Assembly (NCBI RefSeq): GCF_006345805.1
Contig: NW_021829227.1
Span: 1-6,768, forward strand
Length of the DNA: 6,768 nt
Direction of reading: 5' to 3'
DNA from: Octopus sinensis
Lineage: Eukaryota
Part shown: positions 1 to 6,717 of the stretch, one piece after another
Layout: each line of letters starts with the position of its first letter
How positions within the stretch are numbered: the stretch's first letter is position 1
Notes under the pieces: generated by a model
Told to the model about the DNA's origin: nothing
Databases searched by the model: none
The model's input: only the letters and a program-made list of their open reading frames with translations
Made by a program: the position numbers and the translations under genes

Positions 1-165
1 TTGTCACTCTGTGTGTCACGCTGAATATCCCTGAGAACTACGTTAAGGGTGCACGTGTCTGTGGAGTGCTCAGCCACTTACACGTTAATTTCACGAGCAG
101 GCTGTTCCGTTGATTCGGATCAACCGGAACCCTCATCGTCGTAACCGACGGAGTGCTTCCCATCC
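1..165 (+). mobile_element. 3' part of a tRNA-derived SINE, cut by the window edge; same family as 4746-5133
   Basis: 1-160 aligns ungapped to 4970-5129 with 6 mismatches (11, 32, 51, 53, 132, 135; about 96% identity); same 3' stem-loop (104-130) and CCATCC-type end. Confidence 0.92.
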
Positions 166-460
166 AGTTTATAAAATGTTCATAAAACGGAATAAATTAA
201 TTTGCTCAAGGATGATGGCAAATCTAACGTTTCGGTAGAACTGAAACGTTCGTTAATGAAGTGATAAGCTAATTACGAATAAACAATTCAATTCCCGTTC
301 AGCTATGTAAGGTCATTAAACGTCTTTTGATTCATACAGGGAGCTATTGATATCTTGCTCTTAGTTGTCTTCGTGTGCAAATCGTAGTACAACATCACTT
401 CCGTTTGTCGACGCAAATTACGAATAACGCCTTCTGACTCTATATCTTCAATAACAAGGT

Positions 461-484
461 CCTTCCTTCCTTCCTTCCTTCCTT
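461..484. repeat. (CCTT)6 microsatellite
   Basis: Read directly from the sequence. Confidence 0.97.
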
Positions 485-584
485 TATTCACACATTCATA
501 TAGTGTCTAGTTTGGTGACAGAAGTAGATGGTTGTGTTGCAATCTGGGCTATGGTAGTTTAGGCACCAAGAAACAACAGCAAAA

Positions 585-602
585 TCTCTCTCTCTCTCTC
601 TC
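585..602. repeat. (TC)9 microsatellite
   Basis: Read directly from the sequence. Confidence 0.97.
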
Positions 603-835
603 AAATTACATCTAATGCTTGAAAATAAGGAAAGATGCATTGAGCCATGCATGTAATTCTAGATATACTAATGGTCATAGGATAATAACAGATTGGACAC
701 TTTTTGATGAAAGAGTGTTCGGCGACAGCAACAATAACAACATAGATATACAAATTGCAGTGTTTCGCCCTCGACCACCGATGACAATAAGCTTCCCATT
801 CCAAACAAGAGAATACACTCATGCATGCACGCATG

Positions 836-865
836 CACACACACACACACACACACACACAACAC

Positions 866-900
<35 letters not shown>
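836..900. repeat. Interrupted (CA)n microsatellite
   Basis: Read directly; interruptions near 861 and 884-886. It generates the Cys/Val and His/Thr ORFs at 601-1049. Confidence 0.97.
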
Positions 901-902
<2 letters not shown>

Positions 903-1031
903 CCAGTGATAGGCCGCGGGCGGCCTGGGTTCGTTTCCTGGCCGATACAATTGCCTTTTTTTAAGGCGGTGCTCCAGCATGGTCACAGCCAGATGACTGA
1001 AGCAAGTAAAAGAATAAAAGAATAAAAGAAT
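901..1031 (+). mobile_element. Short chimeric retro-insertion: tRNA-Gly-like head, trailer and T7, SINE-type 3' tail ending in (AAAAGAAT)3
   Basis: Flanked by identical 17-mers AAACACACACACACACA (884-900, 1032-1048). Tail 965-989 matches the reverse complement of 2271-2295 at 23/25. GC-rich island in an AT-rich background. Confidence 0.7.
904..949 (+). pseudogene. tRNA-Gly(GCC)-derived pseudogene fragment (D-loop remnant plus 3' half; anticodon arm missing)
   Basis: 915-949 matches the metazoan tRNA-Gly(GCC) 3' half as I recall it (CGCGGGCGGCCCGGGTTCGATTCCCGGCCGATGCA) at 31/35. T-arm still pairs (925-929/937-941, two G-U). CAGTGATAG (904-912) resembles D-loop CAGTGGTAG. No CCA; followed by ATTGCC and T7 (956-962). 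Confidence 0.72.
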
Positions 1032-1148
1032 AAACACACACACACACACCCATCCTCCCTCACTCCCATACTTTATGTATGTTACTATCTTTTTCTCCAG
1101 TCTTTCTCCAGTTGTCCTATTTATAACACTTAACTTCGTTTTTCACAG

Positions 1149-1225
1149 ATTATGGAGCAAAAGGCATTCCTCTTGTGATTCCCCAAAAGGTTAGCTTCAG
1201 AGACACAGAACTCACCCTAATGGAG
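1149..1225 (+). CDS. Candidate internal exon, (D)YGAKGIPLVIPQKVSFRDTELTLME, product unknown
   Basis: Pyrimidine tract and CAG acceptor (CTTCGTTTTTCACAG, ends 1148), branch-like CTTAAC 1129-1134, only one open frame, GAG|GTAAAA donor (alternative AAG|GTTAGC at 1189/1190). No homology confirmed. Confidence 0.35.
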
Positions 1226-1367
1226 GTAAAACAAAACAAACAATTTTTCTTTCCATCCTAATGAATTGTCACTGCATTCATTGTATTTATATGTCTTCAG
1301 TCTGGTTCCAAAGTATTGACTATGTGTTATTCAACCATTTAACTTGTCATCAAACTATTATTATAGT

Positions 1368-1419
1368 TAATTCAACACTCAAGAAATTATGTAAATCTGA
1401 CTCGTAAGGTCTTATTCAA
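1368..1419 (-). repeat. Inverted copy of the 62-bp array unit (left arm of fold-back)
   Basis: Reverse complement of 1369-1419 matches 1726-1776 at 50/51. Confidence 0.95.
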
Positions 1420-1428
1420 AGAAATTAT

Positions 1429-1893
1429 ACGAGTCAGATTTATATAATTTCTTGAGTGTTGAATTTAAATGAAATGTTGAATAAACCCTTACAAGTCAGA
1501 TTTATATAATTTCTTGAGTGTTGAATTTAAATGAAATGTTGAATAAGACCTTACAAGTCAGATTTATATAATTTCTTGAGTGTTGAATTTAAATGAAATG
1601 TTGAATAAGACCCTTACAAGTCAGATTTATATAATTTCTTGAGTGTTGAATTTAAATGAAATGTTGAATAAGACCTTACGAGTCAGATTTATATAATTTC
1701 TTGAGTGTTGAATTTAAATGAAATGTTGAATAAGACCTTACGAGTCAGATTTATATAATTTCTTGAGTGTTGAATTTAAATGAAATGTTGAATAAGACCT
1801 TGCGAGTCAGATTTATATAATTTCTTGAGTGTTAAATTTAATTGAAATGTTGAACAAGACCTTACGAGTCATAACTTCTTGAGTGTTGAATTA
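1429..1893 (+). repeat. Tandem array of 62-bp units (7 full plus 1 partial)
   Basis: AGTC anchor at 1432, 1494, 1556, 1619, 1681, 1743, 1805, 1867 (spacing 62, once 63). Consensus GAGTCAGATTTATATAATTTCTTGAGTGTTGAATTTAAATGAAATGTTGAATAAGACCTTAC. Confidence 0.97.
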
Positions 1894-1979
1894 TTGTCAA
1901 TTCATGTCATAATATATCACTGAAACTATAATTCTTTAGCGTTGTCACAAAGAATTATTTCTGTATTTATAAGAATATG

Positions 1980-2098
1980 TTTCATCATTCCCTCGGGGTC
2001 GATAACATAAGTACCAGTTGAGCGCTGCGGTCGATGTTATCGACTTATTTCCCCACTCAAACTTGCTGGGCTTCGTGCCAAAATATGAAAGCAATATT
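1980..2098 (+). mobile_element. 5'-truncated SINE fragment (central and 3' part)
   Basis: GGGGTCGATAACATAAGTACCAGTTGAGCGCT is homologous to GTGTCAATAAAATAACAAACCAGTCAAACACT at about 2815-2846; hairpin GTCGAT-GTT-ATCGAC 2030-2044. Resembles an abundant octopus SINE from memory; family name not certain. Confidence 0.6.
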
Positions 2099-2230
2099 TC
2101 TCAACGCATAAACCATTCCAGCGAATTCTGAGATGGAATATTTAGCAATTTCTTAATCCACCGAGTTACCAGCAGGACAAACCCTATATAATCCAATTAG
2201 TTCACGCTACTGTTATTTTTCGATGAATAT

Positions 2231-2295
2231 TTGATTTTGATTTTTTGATTTTTCCAGTTTCAGCTCATGAGCTGTGGCCATGCTGGGGCACCGCC
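2231..2295 (-). mobile_element. Isolated SINE/LINE 3' tail, same family as 965-1031
   Basis: Reverse complement GGCGGTGCCCCAGCATGGCCACAGCTCATGAGCTGAAACTGG then A-rich (AAAATC)-like repeats; 23/25 identity to 965-989. Confidence 0.75.
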
Positions 2296-2379
2296 ATATA
2301 TATATATTTTTTTTTTGTTGCTATTTCAGAATGCTGCTGTAATAGGGACTGATTTGGTGATTCATGAAGTTTAATTTCT

Positions 2380-2600
2380 TAAAAAGAAAAGAATAAAAAT
2401 CAAGTAAAAAACAACAAAACAAAACAAAAACAGTATTCAAATAACTGAAAAAAAAAAAGCGAAAAAACACAGACAATAATTCTCAGAAAAGAAAGCAATA
2501 AAAATAAAAAAAATAAGCAAATCAAAAACATAACTAAAACATCAAATTAAACAAAAATAAATCTATATAAAATTACAATTACAATTACAATGAAAAATGA
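2380..2600. repeat. A-rich low-complexity tract, includes (ATTACA)3
   Basis: Strong A bias on the + strand with short A runs. Confidence 0.7.
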
Positions 2601-2621
2601 AGGTATGAATTAAAATCTCGA

Positions 2622-2656
<35 letters not shown>

Positions 2657-2672
2657 GACGACGACGACGACG
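2622..2672. repeat. Compound microsatellite (ACT)11(ACG)6
   Basis: ACT 2622-2654, ACG 2655-2672. Confidence 0.97.
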
Positions 2673-2700
2673 TATATTTTTTCTATGCATTTCACAAACC

Positions 2701-2846
2701 TGGTGGATTGGCAGAATCAGTAGAGCATCGGACAAAATGCTTTGCAGTATACAGTTTTATATCTTTAAATACTCGGTTCAAATACAACCCTTGCGGATTT
2801 TGTTCTTTCTTCCAGTGTCAATAAAATAACAAACCAGTCAAACACT
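2701..2846 (+). mobile_element. Degenerate SINE copy (tRNA-like head and central part), relative of 1980-2098
   Basis: TGGCAGAATC A-box-like start, GGTTCAAATAC B-box-like motif 2775-2785, and homology of its 3' end to 1995-2026. Confidence 0.55.
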
Positions 2847-3042
2847 ACAATCGTTATAACCGACTCTATCATTCCTCCTTTACAATTTCTGGCTTTGGGC
2901 CTGTATTAAAAATCACTATGTATTTCAAAACCTGTTTAAACTTTTTGCCTGTCCTATGTGTCCCATGTGACATGCAGGACATATTTCCATGGCGTACATG
3001 CAACATATATGATACCCATTGTCAATCTGTTTCAACCGCCAG

Positions 3043-3105
3043 AATATCTCGGGACTGAAGAAAGGAAAGCTATACATTACTCAGAACGTATTCAACAAGG
3101 GCTAA
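3043..3105 (+). CDS. Weak candidate exon NISGLKKGKLYITQN(VFNKG*)
   Basis: TCTGTTTCAACCGCCAG acceptor ends 3042; frame compatible with the phase-0 end of 1149-1225; donor AAC|GTATTC (3087/3088) is weak. Confidence 0.15.
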   Translation, partial: NISGLKKGKLYITQNVFNKG

Positions 3106-3319
3106 CTAGATGTCTGAAAACAAGCATGGACGTTTAGGACAAACTTATGAAAATGCTTGGACAAACAACGGATTAACAGCCATATTGTAATTCGCTTTGT
3201 TGATACATTTTTTTAATGGCTTAGTCAAAAAAAAAAAAAAGAAGGGCAGAAATCATGACCTCCGCGGGGTTAGGTGGAGGAAAGGGAGAAGAAACCAAAA
3301 TACATCAGATACATCTCAT

Positions 3320-3470
3320 CTGATGGGCTTCTGTACAGTGACCGTTTAAACAATTTCGCTGAAGGATTTGGTGGACCCGAAGTTATCGTAAAAAAAAAAC
3401 CTGTTCAAAGTGCAGCACAATGAGATCGTATCGGAAAGCACGAGATTGTAAAACGAATTTATAGCCACAG
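3320..3470 (-). mobile_element. Highly degenerate SINE remnant (possibly CORE-type)
   Basis: Recognised only by recall of an abundant octopus SINE (…GGGCTTCT…TTTGGT…CCCG…CCACA pattern); no second copy in the window to verify. Confidence 0.4.
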
Positions 3471-3644
3471 AATCATGTTTGTCCAATGTTTGTTAAAACA
3501 GATTCTTGCAGTCTTGTTTCTTTTTCTTTTTTCCCCGTTTGCGTTATTCAATAAATGATATTGTATATTAGTCTTGTTCTGTTCTTCTTACTTTTTTTCT
3601 TATGTATTCTATTCGTTTTATTAAAAAAGGACAAGTCATAGAGA

Positions 3645-4122
3645 CCTAATTTAGGAGCCTCTAATTGTATTTCTACATGAACAATATTTTTCTATATGAA
3701 TAATATTTTGTCTAACGACTAATTCGTCTTTTGTGCTGGGCACCTAGTAGTAACTAATATTACTACCCCTCTTGTTTATATTCGCATATTACTTGATGAA
3801 TTTATTCGTAAAATTCTTCCCGGCATGCCCTATACTGCCGTGTAAGTTTTGCGTCTGCGCAGAGATCTGAAAAGTTAAGATCTGCTAGTAGTCGAGATCA
3901 ACGCATGGTCTCACATCGCTGCAGACCTCAATTCAATTTAGGCGACTCGTTGATAAAGCCAGCCTTAGCAAACATATTCTGTGTTTTGCTAGAAGTAGGC
4001 AGAAACTGATCAGTCCAAGATGTAAAGTTATCGGTAAACGTTTTTGATTTTCACTCTCGATAAATTCATCCCCTTTGTGTTCCCAGCACTCGGCATCCTA
4101 ATTTAGGAGCCTTTAATTGTAT
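3645..4122. mobile_element. Unclassified interspersed repeat: 452-bp unit with 26-bp terminal direct repeats
   Basis: CCTAATTTAGGAGCCT(C/T)TAATTGTAT at 3645-3670 and 4097-4122 (25/26), followed by (AT)n. The interior looks like an abundant octopus repeat from memory; class unknown. Confidence 0.55.
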
Positions 4123-4141
4123 ATATATATATATATATATA
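4121..4141. repeat. (AT)10 microsatellite
   Basis: Read directly. Confidence 0.95.
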
Positions 4142-4524
4142 CTTTTTAGATAGGGTTCTGATCCAAGTTATGTCCTCACGAATCACACTTGCAAAGTTCA
4201 GTTCTCCAAATTTGTATGTAGATCTTGTAAAATTGTGTGAGGCATGCATAAGAATGGAAAAAATGCTGAAAAATAGTATTTCAGAGTAAAAATATATCAA
4301 AACCGGAGACAGGAAAACGTTTTTGGCATTATTTATTCACAATTACACATGTTTCATTTGCTAATAGGAGTTACAAAATTGTACATGTGGGAGAAACATG
4401 TAAGATATCGCCTATTCTTCAGACAGAATATCAAATAATATCCTAAATAATCAAAAAATATCAACTAGTTTATGGCTGGGAGATAATTTACTCAAAGTAG
4501 CAGTCTTTAGTTTTCACGATGGTC

Positions 4525-4621
4525 TCACGACGGTTCCTGTGCCTGGTGCATACTTTCCTCGCTGTTTTTGAGAAGATCTTCGGACACCTCCATTTTCTTG
4601 GCCATCTGTTCGGTCTTGGAG
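4525..4621 (-). CDS. Coding-like segment SKTEQMAKKMEVSEDLLKNSEESMHQAQEPS*; exon or TE ORF remnant
   Basis: TTCTGCCTGCAG acceptor on the minus strand, G/C-rich third positions, Glu/Lys/Gln-rich peptide, in-register antisense frame open. Possible donor AAA|GTATGC at 4554/4553. Confidence 0.28.
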
Positions 4622-4745
4622 CTGCAGGCAGAATGGTTTTGTGGCTTTATCAAACGTGCTTCACACAATATAATGCGTGTATATTTTATGAATATCTGGG
4701 TTTTAAGATGTTATCTGTTAACCCTATACATGTCATTTCGATACT

Positions 4746-5133
4746 GGTGGAGGCGCAATGGCCCAGTGGTTAGGGCAGCGGACTCGCGGTCATAGGATTG
4801 CGGTTTCGATTCCCAGACCGGGCGTTGTGAGTGTTTATTGAACGAAAACACCTAAAGCTCCACGAGGCTCCGGCAGGGATGGTGGTGATCCCTGCTGTAC
4901 TCTTTCACCACAACTTTCTCTCACTCTTACTTCCTGTTTTCTGTTGTACATGTATTTCAAAGGCCGGCCTTGTCACTCTCTGTGTCACGCTGAATATCCC
5001 CGAGAACTACGTTAAGGGTACGCGTGTCTGTGGAGTGCTCAGCCACTTACACGTTAATTTCACGAGCAGGCTGTTCCGTTGATTCGGATCAACCGGAACC
5101 ATCGTCGTCGTAACCGACGGAGTGCTTCCATCC
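4746..5133 (+). mobile_element. Full-length 388-bp tRNA-derived SINE (tRNA-Arg-like head; consistent with the octopus OR-type families)
   Basis: Perfect 12-bp TSD CATTTCGATACT (4734-4745, 5134-5145); A box and B box; head GACTCGCGGTCATAGGATTG resembles tRNA-Arg GACTTCGGATCAGAAGATTG; second copy at 1-165; no poly(A) tail. Confidence 0.92.
4759..4813 (+). promoter_or_regulatory. Internal RNA polymerase III promoter of the SINE
   Basis: A box TGGCCCAGTGG 4759-4769; B box GTTTCGATTCC 4803-4813; tRNA-like spacing. Confidence 0.8.
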
Positions 5134-6000
5134 CATTTCGATACTATCTGTGGTTCTGGCAGTGAGTTCATATTTTAGCCCTTTGTTCCGCATTTCCCAG
5201 TAATAGACAATTTAGTGCATTTCTGCTGCTAAATTTAGATTGAACTTTGATTGTTTTTGGTTATCTGGGACAACTGTAACTGGTTTTTCGCCATTTCTGT
5301 TAAAGATCTTGTTGTGTGTGTGTGTTTGTGTGAGGGAAAGTTCGTGATTTTAAGAGAAAACCTGGAAATTGTTTTGTTACAGCGTGTTTCCTCAGTGTGC
5401 CTAAAACTATGCTTATTAAACATACGATCGTAATTCTATTTACACATTTAATCACTTGCACACCGCATCAATTATCTATTTAATTAGTACATGCTACCAT
5501 CTTTGTTCTACCACGTAAATAAACACGACTAACATGACCAAACTCACAGTTTTCATAAAGTATTCATAAAATGCTTAGTATTTTCACTTGGCAACCAAGA
5601 TAAATTATGGAATCCTGACGAGAGCTTTAATCGTTACTAATCGATTAATCACCTGAATTCTTGATTCTTCTAATTGGCAGCCTTGAGTTCTGTGGTTTAA
5701 CACTCGGATTTATTTTCAAAGCAAGGATAAACGTATGTATATTAAACGTGCGATTATGGCTCACTTTACAAATTCAATCTCATTACATTATGTCGGTGTT
5801 CTAGTTATTAATTAATACGCACTGACAGTTTCTTAACATTATGTAAATAAATAAGAACTGGCTTAAATAGATCGCAATTCCATGAAATAGCGCTATCATT
5901 TAGGGTTGAATTGAGGTTAACGATTATAATAATAACAACATTTCTGTTTAAATCACTGTCGTTCTCACATTAGTAGCCTAAATACGATATATATGTATCT

Positions 6001-6225
6001 CATCACCATCATCATCGTTTAACGTCCGCTTTCCATGCTAGCATGGGTTGGACGATTTGACTGAGGACTGGCGAACCAGATGGCTGTACCAGGCTCCAAT
6101 CTTGATCTGGCAGAGTTTCTACTGCTTGATGTCCTCCCTAACGCCAACCACTTTCGAGAGTGTAGTGGGTGCTTTTACGTGCCACCAGCACGTGGGCCAG
6201 TCAGGAGGTACTGGCAACGGCCACG
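6001..6225 (-). mobile_element. 5'-truncated retroposon with (GAT)n tail
   Basis: Minus strand ends …CCCATGCTAGCATGGAAAGCGGACGTTAAACGATGATGATGGTGATG; palindrome CCATGCTAGCATGG 6033-6046; GC-rich with sharp borders. Recognised from memory as an abundant octopus repeat. Confidence 0.75.
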
Positions 6226-6282
6226 AAAAAATCGTGATTACAAATAATATGGAAAGTGATACTGGATTAAGTAGGAAAGTTT

Positions 6283-6293
6283 ATGTGTGTGCA

Positions 6294-6324
<31 letters not shown>

Positions 6325-6345
6325 ATGTATGTATGTATGTATGTA

Positions 6346-6378
<33 letters not shown>

Positions 6379-6410
6379 ATGTATGTATGTATGTATGTAT
6401 ATGTGCATAT
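6283..6410. repeat. Compound microsatellite (TGTC)7(TGTA)6(TG)8(TATG)9
   Basis: TGTC 6294-6321, TGTA 6322-6345, TG 6346-6361, TATG 6362-6397. Confidence 0.97.
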
Positions 6411-6650
6411 ACACACCGTTGGAAATGGATTTTCTGAACCAGGAGTGCACTAATCTCCATATTGATGATGCTGAAAAGGAAATGTGTGTATGTCCGCGAT
6501 CGTGTATGTGTGCATGCATGCCTATGTGTGTACGGGGGTGGAGAGTTGGAAGGAGACTTAAAGCAACCCTCCTGTGAAAAGTAGGATGATACCGCCGCTA
6601 TATATGTTTTCCATATCATCGCAAGTACATACAAACACAGCACGATAGCT

Positions 6651-6693
<43 letters not shown>

Positions 6694-6717
6694 ATATATA
6701 TTATATATATATATATA
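6651..6717. repeat. Interrupted (TA)n microsatellite
   Basis: Read directly. Confidence 0.97.

Larger units (their letters stand above)
1368..1893. mobile_element. Possible fold-back/MITE-like element with expanded internal repeats
   Basis: Ends are exact inverted repeats TAATTCAACACTCAAGAA (1368-1385) and TTCTTGAGTGTTGAATTA (1876-1893); outermost TA at both ends could be a TA target duplication. No transposase present. Confidence 0.45.

Noticed and set aside
226-250. Hairpin AACGTTTC/GAAACGTT
   Set aside because: 8-bp stem with no associated element or terminator context; plausible by chance. The same applies to 3303-3325 and 3747-3766.
271-427. 12-bp direct repeat AATTACGAATAA (271-282, 416-427) as a TSD
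   Set aside because: AT-rich, and the enclosed sequence has no element features.
303-491. 62-aa ORF, and likewise 4103-4300, 5235-5423, 5251-5433
   Set aside because: Short, start in or cross microsatellites, no recognisable domain or splice support.
601-1049. Overlapping ORFs rich in Cys/Val or His/Thr
   Set aside because: They are translations of the (CA)n microsatellite, open in several frames on both strands.
1429-1893. CRISPR-like array
   Set aside because: Units are repeated end to end with no unique spacers, no cas genes, eukaryotic context.
2380-2600. A-rich tract as the poly(A) tail of a retrocopy
   Set aside because: No upstream processed gene or TSD; heterogeneous low-complexity sequence.
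3009-3137. 42-aa ORF with ERIQQGLTR loosely like the CR1/L2 RT C-terminal ERVQRRATR
   Set aside because: Spacing to the upstream EY motif does not fit and no other RT motifs are visible.
4746-4825. Functional tRNA gene
   Set aside because: It is the SINE head: stems do not close into a cloverleaf and it continues into the SINE body within a TSD.
4519-5082. + strand ORFs 4519-4773, 4568-4795, 4831-5082
   Set aside because: They run into or lie within the SINE; 4519-4773 is largely the antisense shadow of the minus-strand coding-like segment.
5615-5660. Hammerhead core CTGACGA (also CTGAAGA 3055 and CTGAGGA 6061)
   Set aside because: None is followed by a pairing stem II plus GAAA and a compatible cleavage site.
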